From Octopus vulgaris (Eukaryota): a stretch of 64,000 nucleotides of DNA. The stretch covers positions 21,142,001 through 21,206,000 of the forward strand of contig OX597832.1 in the NCBI GenBank assembly GCA_951406725.2, read 5' to 3'. A model generated the notes under the pieces. The model saw nothing but the letters and a program-made list of their open reading frames with translations, was not told the origin of the DNA and searched no databases. Below are positions 13,539-27,191 of the stretch, in pieces (the first letter of the stretch is position 1; each line of letters opens with the position of its first letter). Made by a program: the position numbers and the translations under genes.

Positions 13539-13775
13539 ATGGCTTAGTGGTTAGGGTGTTGAACTCATGATCGTAAGGTTGTGGTTTCGATTCCTGGACC
13601 GGGCGACGCGTTGTGTTCTTTAGCAAAACACTTCATTTTCACGTTGCTCCAGTCCACTCAGCTGGCAAAAGTGAGTAATCCTGCGACGGACCGGCGACCC
13701 GTCCATGTAGGGAATTTCTACGCCACTGAAACCAGGAAACCGGCCCTTATGAGCCTAACAAGGCACGAAAAGGAA
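13539..13775 (+). mobile_element. tRNA-derived SINE related to family D, with a V-domain-like motif
   Basis: ATGGCTTAGTGGTTAGGG A-box and GGTTTCGATTCCTG B-box. CCTGCGACGGACCGGCGACCCGTCCA resembles a conserved motif recalled from V-SINEs. Confidence 0.72.
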
Positions 13776-14209
13776 CATTTTTTAATTGTGAAAATCAAGA
13801 CAGCTACAAATGTTTTCGAAAATGTTCCCCAGTGTTGTCAATAAAATAATAAAAGCAGCTGACCAATTCTGTTACTTACGGACAAAGAATACAATTGTAC
13901 TGATTCGGTAAGTAAGATGTAGAAAAAAAATAATAAAAAAAAAAGATTGTCGTGATAGAAGAAATCAGACTGTAGTTTTGAAATCAGCCAATTTTAGTCT
14001 AAATCAAGTGAGAAAGCAAACTCAACAGAAATTATGTTCAAAATTGTGGCCCTGTGTTATTTGTGTATTATTGTAACAAGCAAGAGAAGAACGGAATCTC
14101 ACACATGCTAGCTTCTGCACCTCGTTCTCCCGCCCTTTATTTCTATATTTCTAGTAATCTTTCTGTCTAACACACACACATTTGCATACACGGGCAGTCA
14201 CACAAACAT

Positions 14210-14243
<34 letters not shown>

Positions 14244-15369
14244 TTGCTCTTCCTTGGTACTCTCCCTCTCTCAGTATCTCCCTCTTTCTGTCTCTCATTT
14301 CTATCACCCTCTCTTCCTCTCTTTCACTTTCACACACATGCGCAAACAGAAACGCGATATAATATATGTATGTACACATACATAAATATATCAACACATA
14401 CATACATCCACACACTCATACACACACATACATACGCACATACATAGATACACACTCACATGCACACAAACATACAAACATACATGCATAAATACACACA
14501 CGCACATATATATATATATATATATACACACATACATGCATACATACACACACGCACATACATACATACATACATACATACATACATACATACATACATA
14601 CATACATACATACAATGGCACATGCACACATTTCGTCTACCGAAACAACTGGAAACCGTCTCTATGGCAACAGTAGACTTGCAGTTAATTATCTGTTTTC
14701 TTCGGCAGGACAAAAGAAGGAATTCCTACCATTATGTCTTGTTATTCGGGCGACAGCAATATATTACACATAGATTCTATGGAACTGTAACATTTACATG
14801 TAACACACAGACAGAATGTCATACACACATACATCCACACACACATATATATATATATATACACAGACACACACACACACACACACCCAAATACTCAAAC
14901 AGAAATGTGAGGAAACTGACGAACAGACAGACATAGAAATGCATACATTTCACACACCCAACTACATTCGCATACATATTATAAATATGCATTCGGTCAT
15001 ACGCATATTCATACATGTAGGATTGCCACATGCACACATATATATACGCACATGCATACATACGTACGTGAAGACATATATGCAAGCATGCATGCATACA
15101 CATACAGCTTAACGGATATATGCATACATTTATGTATTACAGACACGCAAACATATGCCTATATATATATATTATTGAGCCTGCAATCGTGTATAGTTGC
15201 CCTTCTGCACGTGCTCACACACAAACACACACATAAACACACACACACACACATACATACGCATATGCACACATACATAAATATTAGTGCTGTAATGGAA
15301 GAAGTGCAGAGAGTTATGTATACACATATACACACATCAATGCGAACTGTTTTGCAAATTTATATCCAT

Positions 15370-16090
15370 CCATCCATCTATACATACATACATGCATATT
15401 TACATACATATAAGCATGCATATATACTTATATACATACCTGCATACATACATACATGCATGCATATATACACTCATTCATTCATATATGCATACATGCA
15501 TACATGCATGCATATTTACATACATACACACATACGCGTATGCGTGCATACATACATATGTACATACATACATGCAAGCATATATCATATATACACTCAT
15601 TCATTCATATATGCATACATGTATACATACATTCATATTTACATGCATACATGCATACACGCATGCATACATACATATGTACATACATGCATGCACGCAT
15701 ACATACATATGTACATATATACATGCATGCATACATACATACACACATACATATGTACATACATGCATGCACGCATACATACATATGTACATATATACAT
15801 GCATGCATACATACATACACACATACATATGTACATACATGCATGCACGCATACATACATATGTACATATATACATGCATGCATACATACATACACACAT
15901 ACATATATGCATGCATACATTCATACATACATACATACATACATACATACGTATATGCATGTATGTATTCATATATACGTACATGCATAGATACATACAT
16001 GCATACATATATACACTCATTCTTATATATACGTGCATACATGCATACATATGTACATACCTGAATACAATCATTCATAGATACATACAT
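15370..16090. repeat. Degenerate (CATA)n-derived low-complexity tract with a 76-bp higher-order unit
   Basis: GCACGCATAC recurs at ~15693, 15769 and 15845 with matching context. Confidence 0.85.
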
Positions 16091-16239
16091 GAGTTATACA
16101 CGCACGAGTACATGCCCGTACACAATCAAGAGCACTTTGAGTATTACATTTAAATCCGCACCTACTCGTCGTCCATTGTTCCTTCAGTATCATTTCGAAT
16201 ACACACTTATTTCTCTCTCTCTATATATATATATATATA

Positions 16240-16619
16240 CTAGCAGTATCGCCCGGCGTTGCTCAGGTTTGTAAGGGAAATAACTATAAAGCATTTTTAG
16301 AGAGTTATAGCCAAAAAGTAGCAAAAAAATGGAAAAAAAATTATGGTAAATTTTTTTTTGAGATTTAAAAAAGGTAGAGTTGCGTTTGTGGTAGACTGTT
16401 TGTGGTTCGTATTCCTGATTCTCGACCCCATGTCGAATTTATCGATTTTTTTTCAGAACTGGGGGAACTTTTCAAAATTTTCGCTGCGTTAGTTTTGAAT
16501 TATGACATTGGGCTATGTGTGTGTCAAGTTTCATCAGAATCGGTTGAAAGCCGTGGTCAGGGTGAAGGTACAAGCAAACAGACACACAGAAACACGCACA
16601 GACAAACTGCCGTTTATAT

Positions 16620-16624
<5 letters not shown>
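16240..16624 (-). mobile_element. Non-autonomous Helitron
   Basis: Minus strand reads A|TCTCTATATAAACGGCAGTTTGTCTG... and ends CCTGAGCAACGCCGGGCGATACTGCTAG|T: 5'-TC, subterminal GC hairpin, CTAG-3', inserted between A and T. Confidence 0.8.
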
Positions 16625-16654
<30 letters not shown>

Positions 16655-16665
16655 TGTCTACCTAT

Positions 16666-16724
<59 letters not shown>

Positions 16725-16735
16725 CCTGTATGCGC

Positions 16736-16766
<31 letters not shown>

Positions 16767-17241
16767 ATTTAGGGTATTTAAGAGATACAACCACGCTGGA
16801 AGAAGCAGCCAAAACTTGACTCTAAAACCACATTAAATGTTCATACAGCACCATGTATATATACACGTACACATACACGAAGATGCTCGCTCATACATTG
16901 TTTTATACATATATATCACTCTTATAATTGTGGACACAAGCATATAAATCATTCGTGTGCAAGCAACATATATATCTATATAAATGATAGTGATCGTTAT
17001 GCATACATACACACACACAGACACACGCACACACAGATACACACGCACAAACCCACTTCATGATTATTATTATTAAGACATATAGAGGAAGACGGCGAAA
17101 GGAAAGAGAGAAAATGATGTATATAGGTAGAGAGAGGGAGGAGGGAAGAGAGAAAGAAGATGTGAACGGGGCATAATGAATTTCACTCGTACGGCCTGGA
17201 AAAAACCATACGTTCACCATTCACAGACACGTACTTTTTGG

Positions 17242-17310
<69 letters not shown>

Positions 17311-17448
17311 TAGATATTGGAATTTATATAAGGAAGACGCAACGAAAATTTTAGGAAAAATAAAAATAAGAAATAAGTGGAAATCTTACCGGTGAGTGTG
17401 TTAAATCAGGTAAGGCACAAAAAGAAAATGACCCTCCCAGACACAACA

Positions 17449-17500
<52 letters not shown>

Positions 17501-17715
17501 TAACCGTTTATTGAAAATAATGTTAGTTGAAAGAACCAATGAAACAAAACCAATTTCAAATGTGTATCTATCAATGTATTGCATATTTATAGATAGAGCC
17601 TTAATTTTTTGTCCTATTCTCAATCAAAACTGTCCTACGAAAGAAAACGTGAAACTCTGAGTAACAGTTTTCGTGAGGTTGTTGCAGATTTATTGATAAA
17701 ATATACACACACAGA

Positions 17716-18250
17716 TGGTGGAATGTTCCAGTGAAGACCTCAATAAAATGTAAGCACAACAGACCTGATATAATGATTTGGGATAGAGAAGAGAAACTAT
17801 GCAGTTGTGGAAATTAGCAGATGCTAGCATAAAGCTGAAGATCAGTGAAAAAGAGAACACCTATGCTGAACTATTGAAAAATTTACAGTTACTCTCCAGA
17901 TTACAAGTTCAGGTTTATATCTGTAATTATTGGGGTCCTGGAATATGTAACGCACTGCCTAAATACCAATCTTGAGAAACTAGGCTTCTCGAAACCAGAA
18001 AGGAGAAAGCTATTTCGAAGACTGCAGATCCAATCCATCACTGGAACTTAAAACTTTCCAGAAGTTTAAATATATATGAGCATGTCTAGATATGCAATTA
18101 TATGCATGAGAATACATACATAAAACATACAAATCTGCACATACATACATACAATCTGTTGAAATTCCAATGAAGGAGCCTTAGATCTAGGTTAGAAACC
18201 GGTTCTTTCTCTATTGGCAAGAAATCTTGAAATAAACTGAATAATGACAT
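17716..18250 (+). mobile_element. 3' fragment of an RLE-type (R4/Dong-like) non-LTR retrotransposon, frameshifted
   Basis: Translates as WWNVPVKTSIKCKHNRPDIMIWDREEKL...VVEIS...KISEKENTYAELL...VIIG, the RPD..E..K restriction-like endonuclease signature. A putative 3' UTR runs into TACA repeats. Confidence 0.75.
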
Positions 18251-18689
18251 ACCTATATGCATATACATACATACGTACATACATACATACGTACATAGAT
18301 ACACACATACATACGTACACGCATACATACATACATACATACATACATACATACATACATACATACATACATACATACATACATACATACATACACACAC
18401 ATATATACACAAACAAAAAAATCATAGACACGGGTACTCGCGATGCATGTATCTGCATACGAATTTCTCGGCATGAGCCCATAATCCCATCCATCTGCCG
18501 CGTATGCCACCGCTTACAAATACTTACAATTATGCACACCCACATAGACACATATACCCATTTATACCCGCATGTAGGCACCCACACCCGAGTTTATGAT
18601 CTTATGCAGTGAGCATCAGTATATAACGGAGGAGATTGTTGTTGAGTATATTTTGTCATATATATACCAAATGTAGAAGCATAGAAAGT

Positions 18690-20790
18690 ACGAAAGAAGG
18701 TGAAAGGTGGAGTGCGATGGCGTGAGCTTGGCCATGCTGGAAGCTTCTAATGAGATAAAAATGTACTTAACCTCATTGAGACAACTGGTTAAAATTTCTC
18801 TTGTGAATTTTAAACAGCAACTCGATTTCTTTGCTCTGGACCGGATATATGTAGTTCGTTCCGTTGTGAAACTCTTAGTTTTTTCGATCCAATTATATAT
18901 GGTTTCGAGCTTTACTGTAATAAATGTTCTGTCTTTTAGTTTCCATACGTAGATAGCCAGCGTCGTAGAATTTCTCGCGTCAACGTATCTGAGAAATGAT
19001 CCGATACTGTTATATCCTTCCTTCAATTTACTTTTTATCATGCATTTGTAACCGTATTTTCCCAATTATCTGATTTGGCGAGGTTGAGGTGTCCCTGCTT
19101 CGTAGCAGCTCATTTTATTAAATGACATCTGATTTTATTAAAAGGTATTAACATTTCTGCAAAACCAATTCAGAATGTCTTACCTAATAAGTTTATTTAA
19201 GATTAGCTATTTCATATTTGGGACCACTATTGTGGCTGATTTTTACTGAATGACTGCTGAAAATTTTCCTGTGCCTATGATTGTATTTGGAAACGGTTAT
19301 CAATGACGGCCTGCTGCTTCCTTTTCTACGTTAGTCTGAACATTAAGAGAAACGGATGAGTTTCAATAAAGGCGCTCTTGAAATGAATCTAAGTTTATTC
19401 CAGTATTGGTCGGGTGAGTATGCTGAGATGAACGAAATACGTTTCCCTGAAGCTTACTACAATAAACCACTAGCAGATAGTTACTACCCTATTGCAATAA
19501 GGAACTGTCTTATTCAAAATATCTCGAGTAGAAGAAAACCAGAGATTCGCTTACATATTTGATATGAGGTTACTAAACAGAATGAAAAATTACAGGAATG
19601 ATTTTCATCCTTCCAAGTTTTTCTTTTGCTTTACAAAAGTATTTGTAAACTGGATCCAAAATCTAAAGATGCGTGTAAGGTATCAACCTTAGTTATATTG
19701 ATAGCAACCATAATTTTCTGCCTCATGCTGATGGTAACAGTTACGAAAAGGTTAGAGAATTTTTCTAGAAGTATCTATTGTCTTGTTATTTCAAATGTGT
19801 GGTAGTTCTAATCTATCGTCGAGGTACAATCCAATATTTTGGGAAAGGAATTTATATTCAATGATGTTTGGTTTGTTGACACCGACTAGATCACAGAGCC
19901 CACTACCATCATAGGAACTCATGGATTACATTTTTACTCGGACTAACTAATTATCAAAGAATACTATTTCAATGTACGTACGACAACCTTAATATCTGAT
20001 GCCTCGCTCATGATATACCTACAGACAAATTTTATGGTCTTCACCAGTAGGGATCTAAGTAACCAGGGATAGAAGTCTGCGATGTCGAATTGCGTGTATC
20101 TAAGTCTTGTATTATTTATAATGTCTCAAGGTGGTGAGCTGGCAGAAACGTTAGCACACCGGGAGAAATGCTTAGCCGTAGTTCGTCTGCCGTTACGTTC
20201 TGAGTTCAAATTCCGCCGAGGTCGACTTTGCCCTTCAACCTTTCAGGGTCGATAAATTAAGTACCAGTTACGCACTGGAGTCGATGTAATCGACTTAATC
20301 CTTTTGTGTGTCCCTGTTTGTCTCCTCTATGTTTAGGCCCTTGTGAGCAATAATGAAATGAGAAACGTAGGTACGCCAGGAGGAAATGCTTAGCGGTATT
20401 TCGTCTATCCTTTCGTTCTGGGTTCAAATTCTGCTGAGGTCGTCTTTGCCTTTCATCCTTTCGCGGTCGATAAATTAAGTACCAGTTGCATACTGAGGTC
20501 GATGTAATCGATTGTCCCCCTCCACAAAAATTCGGGCCTTGTGCCTAAAGCAGAAAAGATTATTTATAATGACTCAGAACCATCTGATAACTGTGTAACT
20601 GTTTTCCCACTATTGGAGCCAGTTATCTTCCTAATTTCGTTTTTTATATTCCTTGCTATCCTAGATATTAAGGAAGGTTAATTAAATTTCTCTCTCTCCT
20701 AAGATCGAAAGGATAACGTGCCAGTTGTGTACCCTTCATACTTGTAGCATATTACCTGCATAAGAAATCATTATACAGGAAATTTTGGCA
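18690..20790 (-). mobile_element. Decayed Penelope-like retroelement (RT + GIY-YIG region) interrupted by a SINE-B dimer
   Basis: Minus-strand motifs in colinear order: WENSYTVIRWF (~20600), QFDIADFYP (~20080), MSSYDGSGLCDLVG (~19900), GLYLDD (~19820), KIFSSHSVKIS (~19250), NSTTLAIYVWKLKD (~18950). These match Penelope-type FDIxDFYP, MGSYDGAEVCELVG, YRDD and NSTELSKYIW motifs. Confidence 0.88.
20128..20560 (+). mobile_element. Dimeric SINE family B insertion with an 18-bp TSD
   Basis: Long-tail unit followed by a short-tail unit. ATTATTTATAATG(T/A)CTCA at 20111-20128 and 20559-20576. Confidence 0.85.
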
Positions 20791-20805
20791 TTGACATATA
20801 TATGC

Positions 20806-21110
20806 ATGTATGTATGTATGTATGTATGTATGTATGTATGTATGTATGTATGTATGTATGTATGTATGTATGTGTGTGTGTATGTATGTATGTATGAGTG
20901 TGTGTATGTATGTATGTATGTATGTATGTATGTATGTATGTATGTATGTATGTGTGTGTATGTATGTATGTATGTATGTATGTATGTATGTATGTATGTA
21001 TGTATGTGTGTGTATGTATGTATGTATGTATGTGTATGTATGTATGTATGTGTGTGTGTATGTATGTATGTATGTATGTATGTATGTATGTATGTATGTA
21101 TGTATGTATG
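20806..21110. repeat. (TATG)n microsatellite, ~300 bp
   Basis: Direct inspection. Confidence 0.95.
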
Positions 21111-21505
21111 GGTATAGGACGTCACCAACTGTAAACAACATGAATTACGAAAACAAGCGAGTTAAATACGCAAACAACGAGAGAGAAAGAAATGAAAACA
21201 GGACAAGAAATACGAAGAACGAGCTTCCATCGGCTGTCTATCAACTCCTCATTTCGAGCATTGAACGACAATATGAGTCTTCGAAGGCAGTTGCTCCCAT
21301 AACTTCCAAAATAAATTTTGAATTTATGTAGGGTCAAAATTGGGAACAAAAACAGGGCAGTGAAGACGTGGAAGGAAGTCGAATGAAAACAAACAAAGAG
21401 GGTCGTTAGAACAGAACGAGGGGGAAATTAGTGAACACTGGAAAAAAATATTTTCTTTGAAAAGAGAAAAAATAGAAGAGAGGGTTACATATGAATATAT
21501 ATATT

Positions 21506-21598
<93 letters not shown>

Positions 21599-21874
21599 AT
21601 ATATATACCCATATGCATATATAAATATATATGTATATGTATATGTATGAATGTATGTATGTACGTATGTATATGTATATGTATATGCACGCGCATTATG
21701 CGGTTTCATGTATGGTTTTTGTATTTATGTTTTACTTATTAAGTCCCAAAATATATTTCCATTTATCACATGTCTGTGTGTGCGCACGCGCGTGTATGTT
21801 TGTTTGTTCAGCCTATTAAATTAAGGTGTTTACATTCAGAGTGAGAACTTTAATAATGTAGAATGAAACATATA

Positions 21875-21920
<46 letters not shown>

Positions 21921-21929
21921 CTTTTTAAA

Positions 21930-22017
<88 letters not shown>

Positions 22018-22069
22018 GTATAATACATATATATATATACATATGTATATATATAAATTACCATGGTGA

Positions 22070-22246
<177 letters not shown>

Positions 22247-22358
22247 CAACAGAACACACCAATAGTAATGATTAAAAATGTTGGTAAGAGTCTCAAACTA
22301 ATCAGACGAGTATACAACAGATTTATTTCTGAATATATATATATTTACACACACAAAC

Positions 22359-22398
<40 letters not shown>

Positions 22399-22626
22399 TA
22401 CTCAGAGAAAGCATAACAATTCAAGAGCGAAATTAGAGTATGTGGTACCTGGTGAGTGTTAATTTAGGGAGCAATGTTAAAGAGGAGAAAGTGTAAATAA
22501 CTTTATATCCTAGAGTGAGACACGAACGGCTAGATGGAAATTGATAATTTGTATACATCAAATACAAATATTATGTGTAATTATGTATATATGCGTGTGT
22601 ATGTGAATATACGTGTTTGTGTATGC

Positions 22627-22684
<58 letters not shown>

Positions 22685-23267
22685 AGGATTAATTGTCTGT
22701 GTTCACGTATGTGTGTAGTGAGTAAAATAGTTAGACATGAGTTTATGTGTATGTATGTGTGTGCATACGTTTAGGTTTATATATTTGTGCGTGTGTGTAT
22801 TTTTATTTATATATTCACATATTCACACATTCACATACACGCACAGAGACACAATACACATACATATATATAGATAGATATGTACGTATGCAATTTGTAT
22901 GGGTATGTTTCTAAGTAGAAGGCTTGCACACAGATACAAGCACTCAATGCGTCAATAAGATATATAGAGCGTGTGTTGTTGTGTATTGAATTTCTAAATC
23001 AGAGGTTATCACAATCAGTTGACTGGTTGGGTTTATGGTTTTTATGTGTATGTGTGGCTGTGTGGTAAAGAATTTGCTTCCCAACTACATGGTTCTGGGT
23101 TCAGTCACACTGCGGGGCACCTTGGGCAAGTGTCTTCTAACCAAGGCGTTATGAGTGGATTTGATAGAAAGGAAATGAAAGAATCCCGTCGTAAGTTTGT
23201 GTGTGTTTTTGCGCATATATTTCTTCTTCACAACCGCTTTTAGATTGTTTACGTTCTAGTAAAATAG

Positions 23268-23612
23268 CAGTGTGTCCTGGCGCTCCTGCCAAAGAATTTT
23301 GAGCGAGGAATTGCGAATGAAAAGAGATGCGGCATAATTTGTGCCTCCCTTGCTCAGTGAAGATCAAATGCAGTCATGTCTGAATGCGTGTGGTGAACAG
23401 AAAGGACGGTTGGAAGTTGATCCGGACCTCTTTTTGAAGGTTATCACTGGTGATGAAAGCTGCTGGTACAGAATTTACAGGTGTGGAAGAGGTGAGGAAA
23501 AAACGATGAATGTGTTAAAAGACATCATTTCCCAAGAGTTCCAGGAATTGTTCGAACATTGGAAACGCGTCCTGGACCGATGCATTACTTGAAATGGAGA
23601 ATACTTTGGGTA
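23268..23612 (+). mobile_element. mariner transposase remnant, internally deleted
   Basis: SCQRILSEELRMKR..FVPPLLSEDQ..LEVDPDLFLKVITGDES (WVP-like motif and first catalytic TGDE) is joined to ..QEFQELFEHWKRVLDRCIT*NGEYF (C-terminus). Confidence 0.88.
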
Positions 23613-23933
23613 TATGTCTATTAGTATGCCGATTAAAGCACATCAACCGGTTGACCTACCTGATGTCATCCACAGTGACGGTACAATTTTCATTGGATCT
23701 ACGTCAGGAATTTTGCCATCTTCGTTTAGTTTATAATTGATGAGAGAAACGAAAAACGGATTTCATACGAATCTTTATTCGTACAAATCCACTTGTTGGA
23801 AAAAAGTTCGTTTCTATGTTTTTGTTTTCGTTTCTCATTGTGATCAACTTTTTTCTTTTTTTGATGTCCTGTACCTATATATGCATGTATATATATGAGT
23901 AGTTATGTACATATATGTAGGTATATATGCATA

Positions 23934-24004
<71 letters not shown>

Positions 24005-24570
24005 GTATATATACATATATACATATATATATAAAGGGTTTCTTTTAGTTTCCGTCGACCTGAGACTATAGTAGAATATATTTACTCACGGTGCAACGCG
24101 GTGGAACTGAACCCAGAAGCATATGGTTGGGAAGCAAGCCTCTTACCACACAGCCACGCCATATATTTACATATATATATGTATGTGTGTGTGTATATAT
24201 CTATATATTTGTGCATATATCTATATGTACATACACACATACACACACTCACATACACACATATATATATTTATAAATTATATCGCTTAGGTAATTTGAT
24301 ACTAATAATCTGGTGTTAGAACCCAAAGTACATAGGATTCAGAAAAAAAACTTCTGTCGCATACAGAGCAGTAATATGAAATTAAATAAAGGACAAGCTG
24401 TTTCTGCTGTAAGATGTAATACATTCATATCACGCCATTGCTTCGTCAGAGCTTAAAAAATGACATCTGGCTCTGTGTGTGCGTGCATGTATGCGTTTGT
24501 ATGTGTGTGGGTGTGGGTGTGTGGGTGTGGGTGTGTGTGTATGTGTGTGTGTGAGTGTGTGTGTGTCTGT

Positions 24571-24602
<32 letters not shown>

Positions 24603-25208
24603 CTTCTATCTACTTTACAACCGTTATTGGTTTATTTATGTCCTCTCAACTTATCTCTTCGGTACAATAGAAAGACAAAATAAGTTCCAGGCTTTAAACA
24701 AACAATAATTACTGTTGTCGCTTTTACGACTAAATGCCTTCATGGCTGTGCTCCAGCATGGCCGCAGTCCCGTGTCAATGATTGACACAATTTGAAAATA
24801 AATGATACATAATTGACATAACATTATCACAGATGGACGCTGGTTCTAGAATCTTTATATTTACTTTATCACAATATTTTTAGTTCATTCCAGAATATTC
24901 ATTTCTCCTTTGAACATATCCGAAGAATTCTCTTTCGAAACCAAAGTATGGAAACAAAGATGGAACCAGCAACACACTCTTTCTCCCTACCTACTTTATC
25001 TCCTTCCCCACCTCTCTCTCTCTATCTATGTATCTATCTATCTATTCATATATCTATCTATTCCTCTAGCTAGCTATCTATTTATCTATCTATCTAACAA
25101 ACTAGTTAGCTATTTATCTAACTATCTATTTATACATCTAGCTAGCTAGCTAGCTAACTATTTATCTCTCTATTCCTATATCTATCTATCTAGCTATTTA
25201 TTCATCTG

Positions 25209-25301
<93 letters not shown>

Positions 25302-25339
25302 TCATCTGTCTATGTATTTATCTATATTTCTATCTATAT

Positions 25340-25528
25340 ATTCTTTTTTTTTATTCTTTTTATTTTTTTGTTGTTCTTTTCTTCCCTTTTACGATCCCTC
25401 TTGATCGAAAACCTACGCCACACCCTTTTTTTTTCCTTTTGTTTTTGTTTTTTTCGTCCCCCAAAAGAAAAGCTCTACCTTGTAACTTGTCCCATCTGTG
25501 TGCAGCCCTGTGTGGCCAATAAAGAAAC

Positions 25529-25530
<2 letters not shown>
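25340..25530 (+). mobile_element. Pyrimidine-rich putative LINE 3' end lying between (TCTA)n tracts
   Basis: T-rich segment ending TGTCCCATCTGTGTGCAGCCCTGTGTGGCCAATAAAGAAA, which is similar to the SINE-B long tail. Confidence 0.5.
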
Positions 25531-25598
<68 letters not shown>

Positions 25599-26014
25599 CC
25601 TATGTTCAATATATTTGTCAAAATAAGACTGTTAAACAGGGAAGACATCAATGAGCAATAAACCAAGGCGTGCTTCACTGATCGGTGGATTCAAATGATT
25701 GAACAGCTGATCATAAACATAAATCACCATGAAGTCCTGAATGTGTGAGAGTGTGTGTGCGTGTATGAGCATACACGACTGTATACAGACATATATAGTT
25801 ATACATATGTATTATCGTACAAGTATGCGTGCACACACAAATACGAATACACACACATATATATGCATATATAGATATATATATATACATACATTGACGT
25901 ATATCTATACCTATCTATGTTTATAAATACGTATATTTCAAAATACATACATATAATATACATACATGTAATTGTGTATATATTTATTTATATGCACTTA
26001 CGTGAGTGTATGTA

Positions 26015-26131
<117 letters not shown>

Positions 26132-26412
26132 ATCGACGTTCATACATATATACATATACATACATATACATACATATATATATTTGTCTTTGAGTGTGTG
26201 TGTGCGTGTGTGTGTGTGTCTGTGTAGGATATTTAATGGAGGTCCATTTACGTCACTGATGACCAATGTATGCTAATTCTCTTGGTTCTCACTCAACAAA
26301 GTCAGGATTCTCCTTCCAGCGACTTCTTAACATCGGTGCAACGTACACAATCTAATTTTACAACACCGGATGACCAGATAATTTGCATGTAATATATAAA
26401 TGAATGTATGTA

Positions 26413-26443
<31 letters not shown>

Positions 26444-26514
26444 ATTCATGTATATACATATACATATATATATATATATATATATATGCACATACACACA
26501 TACTTATATATGTA

Positions 26515-26664
<150 letters not shown>

Positions 26665-27160
26665 CCGTAGTCTATCAGTAACGTAGATGCGTAATAGCTA
26701 ATGGTGAAACCAGAATTCACAATTAGATTTACATATAAATTACGGGAATTCACAACTGTGGAAATTTTTTTCTCAAGCAATAACAAATGTATTAACACAT
26801 AACATTTACTAATAAATATATTATAAATATATTAACACCTGACGCCTAGTATATTCACTGCTCATCTCTTAACACTGCATAACATATATCAGCTAATATA
26901 TAGCTGTTACGGTAAATATACTGAGATTTCTGGTGTAAAACAGGAACTGTACCCAAACACAAGACATGCGAAAGCTAATATATCTTAGCAGTTAGCATAT
27001 AAAACATAGGGAATACATTTTGCTTTTTAAATATGCATACGTTCGTGCATATATGTTGGTCTGTGCGTTTTCGTGTGTGTATGGGTGTGAGAGTATATGT
27101 GTGTGCGAGGGAGAAAAGTGTATGTGTGTGTATATATATATATATATGTGTATGTGTGTG

Positions 27161-27191
<31 letters not shown>

